NCBI GenBank assembly: GCA_028688325.1
Contig: JAQTYI010000002.1
Location: 76,379-140,378 of the forward strand
DNA: 64,000 bases
From: Candidatus Portnoybacteria bacterium
GTDB lineage: Bacteria; Patescibacteriota; Minisyncoccia; Portnoybacterales; GWB1-42-6
Direction: 5' to 3'
Shown here: positions 44,872-54,570 of the stretch, in pieces
Layout: each line of letters opens with the position of its first letter
Position numbering within the stretch: position 1 is the first letter of the stretch
Notes under the pieces: model-generated
What the model was told of the DNA's origin: nothing
What the model saw: only the letters and a program-made list of their open reading frames with translations
Database searches by the model: none
Made by a program: the position numbers and the translations under genes

Positions 44872-46884
44872 TCATAAAACCTTATAAATCCTTACGATTT
44901 TTTTTTCGCTTGATTTTTCGAACATCAGATCTAAATTATTATTAACCAAGCATTTTTGCTCTATGCCTTCAGGCCAGCTTCCATCAACATAAAGATATTG
45001 ATAATTTAAATATTTGATAGCGCTTGATAGGCATTCATCTAAAACGCTCTTATATCGAATTGCCGCCTCTTTTGAAGCATTAGCAGGGCCATATTGCTCT
45101 TTGAAATTACTATAAAAATTGGGCGCTAATCTCCCGGTAAGAACAACGAATCTAGAATTATAATCTGTGCCCGCTTGCGTTTCGTTAGGGATCAAAAAAT
45201 AATCATTGATAGTTGTTTGCTCTCTGATCCAACGAAAAGCTTCGGTTTCTATCTCTGTCTTGAAAGGCTTGGCCACTAAGGGTTGCCCCTTCTCCAAAGA
45301 CGGAAAGGCCGCCTGCACAACAAGATATAGCGCTCCCTGAAAAATAAAAATCGAGACCAGAAAAACCGCTAGAATTTTTTGCGGCCTATTTTTTAAATAT
45401 AGAAATAGCCATCCCAAAAATAAACCAAAACTAAAATTCCAAAATAAAGAAGCTAAAAATTTAGTCCTGGTCAAATCCCCTTGCCAGGCGCCAACTGTCA
45501 AGACCAATGGAATAAAAAGAGAAACGAATATAAGCAAAATAAAAAATAATCCTTCGCGAAAAAAATTTTTAAAAAAATACCTGGCGACGGGAATAATAAA
45601 AATAGCCAACAAACCCCACCCTAAAAACATCTCCCAGCTAAAAATGGGGATCGTTGAAAATTGCCTTGTTTTTCCAGTATAGATTAAACCGTTTGAAAGA
45701 TATTCCGCGGTAATTGAAAAATTATTGCCGGTCGAATAATTATGATCTAAAAATAACCCCTTAACAGTCTGGGTTATGGTCCCGCCCTGCAAAACTGCGC
45801 TTAGGCTCCCTAAAAACAAAACCAATAACGAACTTTTTAAAAAAAATTTTCCAGCTTCCCAGTCTTTTTTAAAAACACCATATAACAACGGGTATAAGAA
45901 AAAAACGATGCCAAGAACCCCAAAAAATACTTCGGCGCTTAAAGCTAAAAAAGAAAATAACACGCTCGCTAATAATGATATCCTCAGCCACCTATTTTTA
46001 TCGTTAATTATCCTGAAATATAAATAGATGATCGTCAGTGTTAAAGCAAAGCCTAAGGCCGCCCAAACGGTCTGAAAATTTTCTATTGTTAAGGTAGTCA
46101 CATGCGTACTCCCTTCGTCTAAAAATAAGCCGCTCAAAAACCTAAAAGGAGCTTCTGTTGGCAGGCTTAAAATATAATTTTTAAACAAATAGAATAAATC
46201 TCTAAATCCATAAAAAAACACTAGATTGCCGCCCAAGATCATCGCCAAAGACGCAAAATAGGCTTTAAAGCTGTCCTTACAAAAACTTTTTGCTAGCGCA
46301 AAACCTAGTAAAAAGACGGTCCCAATAATAAAGAAGTTAAAAAGGTCGAAGCCGAACCAAAGGGGCAAACCGGTAACTTTATAAATAGCGGCGATAAAAA
46401 GGCCCCAACCATAATGATATAAAGTGTAAAGATTAGGGTTAAAAACATCTTTCACCGGAAAATTATTTTCGGCGATAGTAGCGACAAGAGGAAGATGAGT
46501 AAGGCTACTGGTTTCGCCTATTGTCCGAAGACCGGATATCCCGGACAGGATCATTAATATAAAAACCGTAATAAATAAAATTTTCCTATATTTTTTATCA
46601 ATTCCCCATTCTACTTTTTCTTGCCGTTTATTAAGAAGGTATAAAAAATAAGATGCGGCAGCCAGCCCAATTAATATCAGGTAAAAATTTATTTGTATTT
46701 TAATTAAATAAGAAAGTGCGTTAAGTAAAAACGAGTAGACTCCATGCCCTACTATAAAAGCCAGCGGAATCAGTGTCTCTATCTTATTTTCTCCAAGGAC
46801 AAATCTGGATAGATTCCAACCAAAAAATAATATGATGCCAAAAAAAACAAGCAACAAAAATGCGGTGAGAATTAAAGCAATCAT
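44872..46884 (-). CDS. Large polytopic membrane protein (possible second GT-C / polymerase-like).
   Basis: 670 aa, more than 14 TM helices, C-terminal soluble domain. Confidence 0.4.
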   Translation of the reverse strand: MIALILTAFLLLVFFGIILFFGWNLSRFVLGENKIETLIPLAFIVGHGVYSFLLNALSYLIKIQINFYLILIGLAAASYFLYLLNKRQEKVEWGIDKKYRKILFITVFILMILSGISGLRTIGETSSLTHLPLVATIAENNFPVKDVFNPNLYTLYHYGWGLFIAAIYKVTGLPLWFGFDLFNFFIIGTVFLLGFALAKSFCKDSFKAYFASLAMILGGNLVFFYGFRDLFYLFKNYILSLPTEAPFRFLSGLFLDEGSTHVTTLTIENFQTVWAALGFALTLTIIYLYFRIINDKNRWLRISLLASVLFSFLALSAEVFFGVLGIVFFLYPLLYGVFKKDWEAGKFFLKSSLLVLFLGSLSAVLQGGTITQTVKGLFLDHNYSTGNNFSITAEYLSNGLIYTGKTRQFSTIPIFSWEMFLGWGLLAIFIIPVARYFFKNFFREGLFFILLIFVSLFIPLVLTVGAWQGDLTRTKFLASLFWNFSFGLFLGWLFLYLKNRPQKILAVFLVSIFIFQGALYLVVQAAFPSLEKGQPLVAKPFKTEIETEAFRWIREQTTINDYFLIPNETQAGTDYNSRFVVLTGRLAPNFYSNFKEQYGPANASKEAAIRYKSVLDECLSSAIKYLNYQYLYVDGSWPEGIEQKCLVNNNLDLMFEKSSEKKIVRIYKVL

Positions 46885-46971
46885 AAAAAATTAACGACGG
46901 CTAATTAAGATTACCTACCAAAGATGCTTTTAGTTTACTGGTCTGATCAAAAATTATATATGCACCCCCGA

Positions 46972-48096
46972 TCAACCAACGATTTCAATTACCGTTTTGA
47001 TAATATATTCAGTCTCTTTTTTGGTCAATTTCGGATACAGCGGCAATGTTATGGTTCTCAGACCGATATCTTCGGCGACCGGAAAATCGCCTTCTTTCAG
47101 TCCATATTTTTTCCGGTAATAACTCAGCAAGTGCGCCGGACTATAATTGACCACCGTATTAATGCCCTTCAACCGCAATTGTTGCATTATGGCATCGCGC
47201 CGACTCTTGCCGACCAAGATTGTGTATAGGTATCGCGCTGAAACGGTATCGGACTCCAGCCCTAGCAAGGTTATTCCTTTTATTTTAGAAAAATATTTAT
47301 CGTATGTTTGACAGATTTTTTCTCTGATCTTAAGCCGCCGGTCAACCCGCTTAAGCTGATCGAGCATCAAAGCCGCCTGGATGTTGCTCATATTGCACTT
47401 AAAGCCCAAGAATTCTTTATCATAATGGACATACGTTTTGCCGTACCGCTCGGAAACGTCTTTACTTAAACCGTGAGACCGAGCCTGCTTGAACCAATCA
47501 TTCGCATCAGCGATATTAGTCGCGATCGCTCCGCCTTCACCGCAAGTAATATTTTTAGTGGCGTAGAAACTGAAACAAGCGATATCCCCTAGCTGAGCGG
47601 GGGCGGCGCCGTCTCTTTTACCTTCCAGACAATGCGCCGAATCTTCAATTATTTTCAAACCGTATTTATCCGCCAGGCTCCTGATCTTTCGCATATCGCA
47701 CATTTGACCGTATAAATGGACCGGCAAAATAGCTTTGGTTTTTTTTGTTATCTTACTCTCTATCAAATCAGCGTTGATATTACCGGTTCCAGCTTCAACA
47801 TCAACCAGAACCGGCTTAGCCCCGACGTATTCAATCGCGTCCAAGGTCGCCGTATAAGTTAACGGGGTGGTGATAACTTCATCGCCCGAACCAATGCCAA
47901 AATAAGCCAGAGACAAATGCAACGCCGCCGTACCGCTCATCAATCCGACCGCGTATTTAGCACCGAGATACTGGGCTAATTTTTTTTCAAAATCAGCCAC
48001 TGTTTCGCCGGTCGTCAAAAAAACTCCTTTCAAAACTTTATTCAAGTTCGCGATATCCGCCTTGCTGATATCATGCTTATAAAACTCTATCTTCAT
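46972..48096 (-). CDS. DegT/DnrJ/EryC1/StrS-family PLP-dependent sugar aminotransferase.
   Basis: GLMSGTAALHLSL ... IIEDSAH ... FSFYATKNI (PLP lysine). Confidence 0.8.
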   Translation of the reverse strand: MKIEFYKHDISKADIANLNKVLKGVFLTTGETVADFEKKLAQYLGAKYAVGLMSGTAALHLSLAYFGIGSGDEVITTPLTYTATLDAIEYVGAKPVLVDVEAGTGNINADLIESKITKKTKAILPVHLYGQMCDMRKIRSLADKYGLKIIEDSAHCLEGKRDGAAPAQLGDIACFSFYATKNITCGEGGAIATNIADANDWFKQARSHGLSKDVSERYGKTYVHYDKEFLGFKCNMSNIQAALMLDQLKRVDRRLKIREKICQTYDKYFSKIKGITLLGLESDTVSARYLYTILVGKSRRDAIMQQLRLKGINTVVNYSPAHLLSYYRKKYGLKEGDFPVAEDIGLRTITLPLYPKLTKKETEYIIKTVIEIVG

Positions 48097-48103
48097 GCCT
48101 TGT

Positions 48104-49141
48104 CTAATGGATTATTTTTTTACCGTCTTTGTTGATTATCGGAATTTTTCTCATCCATAATCTTGTTTCCCACCATTCTTGATTGTTTCTATACCAGTCA
48201 ATGGTTTTTTCCAGGCCGCTTTCAAAAGAAATTTTTGGTTGCCAGCCTAAAAGCTTCCTTGCTTTTTCAATATCCGCGGTATGACGAAAAACTTGACCCG
48301 GCCTGTCATCCGTATAGGTTATTAACGATTTCGGTCTCTCCATTTTTTCCACAATAATTTCAGCGATTGTTTTAATGCTTATACTCTTGCCTGTCCCAAT
48401 ATTTATCACCTGTCCTTTGAGTTTTTCTATGTCTCCGCTCATGATTTTATCTATCGCCTGGCATGTGTCCTCAACATTAACCCAATCTCTTTGCGCGCTG
48501 CCATCGCCATGAACGGTTATCGGCTCATTTAAAAGACAGTTAGTAATGAATCTTGGAATTACTTTTTCTAAATGCTGCCTGGAGCCATAATTATTAAACG
48601 GCCTAACAATCACCACCGGAATATCATAGGTGGCCCAGTAAGAGTAAACCAGCCTATCGGCGCCGGCTTTAGCCGCCGCGTAGGGACTCATCGGCAAAAG
48701 CGGATGCTCGTCTTCCTTCATCGTATCTGAATTTGCCGTGCCATAAACCTCCGAAGTAGAGATGTGAATAAACTTTTCTATTCTTTTCTTGTGTTTTGAT
48801 ACGGCATTCGCCACCGATTGAGTCCCCAGGGTATCCGTCTGAAAAAAAATCAAGTTATCATAGATCGAACGCGTAACATGCGTTTCCGCCGCGAAATGAA
48901 CAACTATATCCGCGTTAGAAACAAGTTCGTCAACTAAATCATTATTGCAAATATTGCCATAAACCAACTCAAAGCGCTCCTTATTTCTCAGCATTTCCGG
49001 ATCAAAATTATCAATTCCTCCGGCATAAGTTAAACAGTCCAAAACAATAATTCTATAATCGGGGTATTTCTTAAAAAGATATCCGGTAAAATTACTGCCG
49101 ATAAATCCGGCTCCGCCGGTGATTAAAACTGTTTTTTTCAT
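48104..49141 (-). CDS. rfbB: dTDP-glucose 4,6-dehydratase (NAD-dependent epimerase/dehydratase).
   Basis: VLITGGAGFIGSN ... YAAAKAG YxxxK. Confidence 0.8.
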   Translation of the reverse strand: MKKTVLITGGAGFIGSNFTGYLFKKYPDYRIIVLDCLTYAGGIDNFDPEMLRNKERFELVYGNICNNDLVDELVSNADIVVHFAAETHVTRSIYDNLIFFQTDTLGTQSVANAVSKHKKRIEKFIHISTSEVYGTANSDTMKEDEHPLLPMSPYAAAKAGADRLVYSYWATYDIPVVIVRPFNNYGSRQHLEKVIPRFITNCLLNEPITVHGDGSAQRDWVNVEDTCQAIDKIMSGDIEKLKGQVINIGTGKSISIKTIAEIIVEKMERPKSLITYTDDRPGQVFRHTADIEKARKLLGWQPKISFESGLEKTIDWYRNNQEWWETRLWMRKIPIINKDGKKIIH

Positions 49142-49187
49142 AATTTTAATTAAAATTCATTAAACTTGTTTTTTATATTTATAATCG

Positions 49188-49889
49188 TTAAAATTCCCGT
49201 TTTTCAAAAAGCAGCTTTGCCTCGGGACCGCAATTAAATATGGCATCAATAATAGATAGATGAGAAACGAACTCCTTACCCAATTGCCTATAAACCGGAT
49301 GCTTATAATCGTGAAAATAAACACTTATATCATCCTGCTTAAACTGCTCAACGGAGATATAGTCTCGCGCGGCATCTCCCGTAAGGTAACTGTCTATCCC
49401 GAGCTCCTTGCAAATCGCGATCAGCCTGTCAGATTTTTTAAAATTACGGTCTATGTTCAACTCGGAAGAAAAAACTATTTTTCTTTCAATCTCTAAAATT
49501 CCAGCCGCCCAATAAATAATTGGCATCAATAAATCGATTAAAAGCCGGGGTTTTTTTGATAATATTTCGGATAGTCCCGGGCCATATTTTGAGAACCACT
49601 CAGTTTTGCTATATGCGTGCTTAATCGTCTCTATGTGATTTTTTTGCCAATCAAAACCATAGCTGATCAAAGCTTCGTTTATTTTTAAATCCTCTCTTGA
49701 TGTCCCAGCCGTATTGACCGGAACGGTAAGAGTGTGTATTTTATCGCCGAATTTAATCCTGTTTCGATTTCGCCAATCTCTTCTTGTATATTGAACGTCA
49801 TCATAAATTACAAAAACATCGGACTGAAATAGAAGATCAAAAAATCCCGCCCAGGGAAGATAACCCGGTTGTAAAATAGCGCCGGTCAT
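49188..49889 (-). CDS. WbqC-like protein.
   Basis: MTGAILQPGYLPWAGFFDLL ... pattern of the WbqC family; overlaps the next gene by 4 bp (ATGA). Confidence 0.55.
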   Translation of the reverse strand: MTGAILQPGYLPWAGFFDLLFQSDVFVIYDDVQYTRRDWRNRNRIKFGDKIHTLTVPVNTAGTSREDLKINEALISYGFDWQKNHIETIKHAYSKTEWFSKYGPGLSEILSKKPRLLIDLLMPIIYWAAGILEIERKIVFSSELNIDRNFKKSDRLIAICKELGIDSYLTGDAARDYISVEQFKQDDISVYFHDYKHPVYRQLGKEFVSHLSIIDAIFNCGPEAKLLFEKREF

Positions 49890-50830
49890 CTTCTTTCTGA
49901 TTTCAAAACTTTAAAATAATTATATTTCCATGACTTATACGGCCAGTCTGCGCATTTGGCGCAGATATCAATTTTGTCAAATTTACGATCAAGATGATAT
50001 TTTCTGTAACTTTCGAATTTTTTACCGTTCCAAATATCATAAATTTTCTTCCGATTAACATCACCAACAACATGATTACGCTTCAAATCATCGGCGCAAA
50101 ACAGAGCCAAACCGTCGCTGTTAATATGCAACCTGTCAAAAGGCCATGGACAAGGCACTCTCTTTGATTTATCTAAAAATGGTTCCGTAAAATTAGCCTG
50201 ATCTAAAACATTCCACGTTATCCATTTGCGGAAAATCACCGTATCGACTTTATTTTTCCAATAGTCGACAACTGCCTGAGGATCTTTTAGCTTATCGGGT
50301 TGGTTAATAACACTAACGGCCACGATAGTCTTTGCTTTTAGCTCCCTTTTTCGCGACATCAATAATTCAATATTTCTCTTAACCGAATCGAAATCCAGTC
50401 CTATTCTGATTTTGGAATATGTTTTCTTGTCCATCGCGTCAACGGAAACCTCAATCAGGTCGATACCGGCTTTCAAAAGCCGGTCTATTTTTTCCGGGTT
50501 CAACAGAGCGCCATTAGTGATAAAACCGATCCGGGCGCCTTGCTTTATCGCATATTCAACCAAATCAATTATTTTCTGATTTAACAAAGGCTCCCCCAAC
50601 CCGGTGATTCTGATCAAAGAACCATACTGCCCCGCCTCCCAGGCGATCCTTTTAAAAACCTTTTCCGGCATAACTTTATTCTTATCGACCTGCCTTAATT
50701 CTGAATGCAAATTAAAAGGACAATGCGGACACCGCGAATTACAAATATTAGAAACCCAAAGCACTAACATCGGCGGAAAATCTGCCACTTTGCAAAATTT
50801 ATCTGGTATGTGTTCCTTCTGTCCGGTCAT
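49886..50830 (-). CDS. Radical SAM / SPASM-domain enzyme.
   Basis: NICNSRCPHCPF and a C-terminal Cys-rich SPASM-like region. Confidence 0.75.
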   Translation of the reverse strand: MTGQKEHIPDKFCKVADFPPMLVLWVSNICNSRCPHCPFNLHSELRQVDKNKVMPEKVFKRIAWEAGQYGSLIRITGLGEPLLNQKIIDLVEYAIKQGARIGFITNGALLNPEKIDRLLKAGIDLIEVSVDAMDKKTYSKIRIGLDFDSVKRNIELLMSRKRELKAKTIVAVSVINQPDKLKDPQAVVDYWKNKVDTVIFRKWITWNVLDQANFTEPFLDKSKRVPCPWPFDRLHINSDGLALFCADDLKRNHVVGDVNRKKIYDIWNGKKFESYRKYHLDRKFDKIDICAKCADWPYKSWKYNYFKVLKSERR

Positions 50831-50917
50831 CGGTTATTTAAGGGGTCAATTAACATTAAAATCGCTATGCTTGATTACGAATTTACCATAATTTATTAAA
50901 CCATCGACGGCTCAATA

Positions 50918-51847
50918 TTAACAATATTCCGCGTAAGCCGATTGCCAATCACGGCAGGCCCGACACAGTTCCGGTAACTCATCGAAGCGATTCTGCAAAT
51001 GCATTTTTCGATATTCTCTGAGCTGGCCGCGCCAAAGCTCCTTTAAGGAAAGCTCTTTGGCATTACCGCACTTCACCTGACAATGCATATCCACTGAGCA
51101 CAAAGCGACTTCGCCATCAGCGCAAATATTCATTGTTTTCATTAACCAATAGCACGGCTTACGCTCAATCTCTTCGTTGCGCCAAAGATTTGGTGCGCTG
51201 ACCAACCCCCCCCAACTTACCTTGGGGCGAATTTTTACGTTAACGCCTTGATCGGCCCAAAACTTTTTAAAATCATCGAGTCCGCGTTCGTTCTCTTCGC
51301 TCAACACGAACTGGGCAAAAATTTTCTGCTCAGGCTTACCGTATTTATCAAGCAGCTTCTTATAATTGATTATATTTTGACGGGTCTTATAAAAATCGCC
51401 TCCCGCCCTGATTTTATTATAGTCTTCTTCGTTCGCGGCATCGATACCGACATAAATCGCGTCTAAGCCCGATTCGATCACGGCCTGCGCCTTTTTTTCA
51501 TCCATCAAAGTGCCGTTGGTGTTGGTAACGACATCTTTCAACCCTTTATCCTTCGCGTATTTTATGCGCGCGGCGATATCGGGAACAAGGAACGGTTCTC
51601 CGAAAAAAATCTCCCAAACGCGGGCCTTGGGATTCTCAACTGCTATTTCATCAATGATCTTTTTATAAAGCGCCAGCTCCATATTCTTGAATGGCCGATA
51701 TTTGGCAATATTTTTATGGTCACAGGCGGTGCAATGCAAATTACAGCAGTTGCTGTTCTCGATCAAAATAACTTCCGGAAAATTTTCCGCCTCTTTGATC
51801 CGATTAGCTTTTTCGATATCACTTTTATAAGTCATTTTATTTTTCAA
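50918..51847 (-). CDS. Radical SAM / SPASM-domain enzyme.
   Basis: NCCNLHCTACDH and a C-terminal Cys-rich region. Confidence 0.75.
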   Translation of the reverse strand: MKNKMTYKSDIEKANRIKEAENFPEVILIENSNCCNLHCTACDHKNIAKYRPFKNMELALYKKIIDEIAVENPKARVWEIFFGEPFLVPDIAARIKYAKDKGLKDVVTNTNGTLMDEKKAQAVIESGLDAIYVGIDAANEEDYNKIRAGGDFYKTRQNIINYKKLLDKYGKPEQKIFAQFVLSEENERGLDDFKKFWADQGVNVKIRPKVSWGGLVSAPNLWRNEEIERKPCYWLMKTMNICADGEVALCSVDMHCQVKCGNAKELSLKELWRGQLREYRKMHLQNRFDELPELCRACRDWQSAYAEYC

Positions 51848-53549
51848 TTAAATAATCTTCTATGAATAGCGCTTCGATGCCGCTGGTAAAAAAAGTTTTC
51901 AACGCATCTTCAGGCGAATTGACGATTGGCTCGCCGTTCAGGTTAAAAGAAGTATTGAGCAGAACAGGAACACCCGCGCGTTCTTCAAATTCATCCAGAA
52001 GTTCGCGAAGCAGGGGCTCTTCATTCCTTGAAACGGTCTGCAGCCTGCCGGTGCCATCTTGATGCACGACAGCCGGAACTTTTTTTATAGCTTGTTCTCT
52101 AAATTTAAACGCCTTTTCCATATATCGCACCTGATCGCTGTCTCTCGTCTCAAAATACTCGCTCAATCTTTCGAAGGGAATCATCGGAGCGAATGGCCGA
52201 TAAGCCTCTCTATATTTTACCATACTATTCAACTTGTCCTTCATCTCTTTATTTTTTGGCGAAGCAAAAATGGAACGATGACCCAATGCGCGCTGGCCAA
52301 ACTCGCTTCTTCCCTGAAACCAGCCGATGACCTTGTTCCGGGCCAAAAGGTCGGCGGCCTCCGCCGCGCGATTTTTCAGGCGGCGACTTTTTATTTTATA
52401 TTTTTCAAGCAACTCCCCTATCTTTTCAGAAGAATATTCTTTTCCGATGGCAGCGGTTTGGCCGGGCGCCTGGACCTTGATGCCAGACTGCAACGCCGCG
52501 CTAAACGCCGCGCCGATGGAATTGCCGCTGTCATCCGGGGCGAATCCAATCGAGCAACGGGAAAAATCAGTTTTTTGAACCACCGATCCGTTAAACAAGC
52601 AGTTCATGGCTGTGCCGCCGCTCAAGACTAGGTTTTTCGATCCAGTCTGACGACTGAGAAAAGCCAGGTTATTTTCCATAACTCTTTCGAACATTTCTTG
52701 CCCAGCAGCCGCAATATCATAATGCTTTTTTAAAAGTTGTTCGTTTGGCTTCCTGGCCGAGCCAAAAAGCTTTTCCATTTTTTCACTGTAAGATTTCGGC
52801 TGATCAAAATTATAAAAACCGAAATACGAGAGATCCAGCTCATAATCGCCATCCTTTAAAATTCTGACCAGCTTGCTCATTTGCGGAGCAAAAACTTTTT
52901 TATTGCCGTAAGCCGCCATGCCCATCACTTTCCACTCGTCAGCGAATGGCCGATAACCCAAAAAATCGGTCAATGCGGCATAAAGACAACCGACAGATTC
53001 GGGAAAAAACTTAGTCCTGATGGTTTCGAGCTTATCGTTTTTCGCATAGATCCAGGAAGTCACCTTTTGTTCGCTCCAACCGTCAGTCACCATCAGAGCG
53101 CATTCTTCAAACCCCGAGATCTGATAAGCCGCCTGGGCATGGCAAGCATGATGGTCGACAAAAATAATATTGGTTTTATTCCCGTTATCAAAATCAAAGC
53201 TGGAATTGGCCTGCTTAACGCCTCGCTCAAACAGCGGAAGCAGATGATTGGGAACCGAAGCGAGCCACTCGCCCGGATAACGCATCCAATCAGAAAATCC
53301 GCCGCGATATTTCATGGCAACGTTTTCGCCGGCGTTCCAACCGATCGCAAAAATATCCACGTTTTCAGGAGAGATTTTACAATAATCCAGACAAAAATCG
53401 AGAGCTTTATGAGGAAAAGCTTTGTCCTGCTTCACGCGCGTAAATCTTTCTTCCGGTGAGCCGGCCACGAGTTTGCCGTCTTTCAAAATAACGGCCGACG
53501 CAATCGGCCCCGATTGATGGATACCAACAATATATGAAGATTTTTCCAT
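51837..53549 (-). CDS. NodU/CmcH-family carbamoyltransferase.
   Basis: IVGIHQSGPIASAVILKDGKLVAGSPEERFTRVK N-terminal ASKHA-like domain plus a C-terminal YrdC-like domain. Confidence 0.8.
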   Translation of the reverse strand: MEKSSYIVGIHQSGPIASAVILKDGKLVAGSPEERFTRVKQDKAFPHKALDFCLDYCKISPENVDIFAIGWNAGENVAMKYRGGFSDWMRYPGEWLASVPNHLLPLFERGVKQANSSFDFDNGNKTNIIFVDHHACHAQAAYQISGFEECALMVTDGWSEQKVTSWIYAKNDKLETIRTKFFPESVGCLYAALTDFLGYRPFADEWKVMGMAAYGNKKVFAPQMSKLVRILKDGDYELDLSYFGFYNFDQPKSYSEKMEKLFGSARKPNEQLLKKHYDIAAAGQEMFERVMENNLAFLSRQTGSKNLVLSGGTAMNCLFNGSVVQKTDFSRCSIGFAPDDSGNSIGAAFSAALQSGIKVQAPGQTAAIGKEYSSEKIGELLEKYKIKSRRLKNRAAEAADLLARNKVIGWFQGRSEFGQRALGHRSIFASPKNKEMKDKLNSMVKYREAYRPFAPMIPFERLSEYFETRDSDQVRYMEKAFKFREQAIKKVPAVVHQDGTGRLQTVSRNEEPLLRELLDEFEERAGVPVLLNTSFNLNGEPIVNSPEDALKTFFTSGIEALFIEDYLIEK

Positions 53550-54559
53550 TATTTTTTTACGGCGCGAACTCCCAGCGTCGCTTTTAAAAAATATCCTTTT
53601 TCGAGCAAATTTTCTTTGATTTTTTGTACACTACTCCACCTGGAGCGCGTACGGAAATCATTTGTATCAAGCACTTTGAAATTACCAAAGCCGCCTTTTT
53701 CAAGCCAAGATAGCATCTGCGCCGGGGAGATTCTGTGACGAAAAGAGCTTGAGTACCAATCAAAATTATGCAGATGCTTTAACATGAAGCTAGGCTGGCC
53801 GGAAAGATGAAAAATATTCTCGAAAATTGGTACCGCCCCCGGAATATATTCTATGCAGGTCGGAATTAAAGAGAGATAATAAATAACCTTAACCGGCAGA
53901 CGTTTGGTCAAACCACAGATACAATTGTCGATAAATTTTTGGAAAGGGGTCAGGTTCCGGTAAACCAACAAGACAATTTCACCGCCCGGCTTAACTTTTT
54001 TACCCAGACACTCGACAGCCTTTTCCGGGTCCGGCGTCATCATCAGAACCCCATGACAATAGACGATATCGAAATATTCATCTTTAAACGGCATTTTAAA
54101 AAGATCTGATTGCAAAAAGTGAATGCCCGTAAACTCACGGCAGTTTTCGACAGCGCGCTCAATCGCCTGCGTAAAATCAAAACCAACAATATTGCCGGCC
54201 CCCTCTTCTGCGAACTGAACAAGCCAACGACCGTTGCCGCAACCGGCATCAAGAATATCTTTTCCGACAAGATCACCTTTTTCCCAGCCAGTCAGTTCAT
54301 AAAATCTTTCTTTATTCCGCTTCGCCTTGTGCCAATCCATTCTCAAAAGATAATGCTCGAAATTCTTGCTGTAGTTATCAAATCTATCACTTTCCGGGAG
54401 TAATCTCGGAATTCCCTTGATTATAGGATAAATTTTGCCGCACGAACTACATTTTATGTCGCCGGAGACTATCACACCATTCTCCCTGAGTATATTTTCA
54501 AAACTAAACTTGGCTCCACATTCAGGGCAAACGATTATTTCTATTAACGTTTCTTCCAT
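53549..54559 (-). CDS. Class I SAM-dependent methyltransferase with an N-terminal Trm112-like zinc ribbon.
   Basis: CPECGAKF ... CSSCGKIYPIIKGIPRLL, then ILDAGCGNGRW. Start trimmed to MEETLIEII to limit overlap with the upstream gene. Confidence 0.6.
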   Translation of the reverse strand: MEETLIEIIVCPECGAKFSFENILRENGVIVSGDIKCSSCGKIYPIIKGIPRLLPESDRFDNYSKNFEHYLLRMDWHKAKRNKERFYELTGWEKGDLVGKDILDAGCGNGRWLVQFAEEGAGNIVGFDFTQAIERAVENCREFTGIHFLQSDLFKMPFKDEYFDIVYCHGVLMMTPDPEKAVECLGKKVKPGGEIVLLVYRNLTPFQKFIDNCICGLTKRLPVKVIYYLSLIPTCIEYIPGAVPIFENIFHLSGQPSFMLKHLHNFDWYSSSFRHRISPAQMLSWLEKGGFGNFKVLDTNDFRTRSRWSSVQKIKENLLEKGYFLKATLGVRAVKK

Positions 54560-54570
54560 ACTTAATTTAA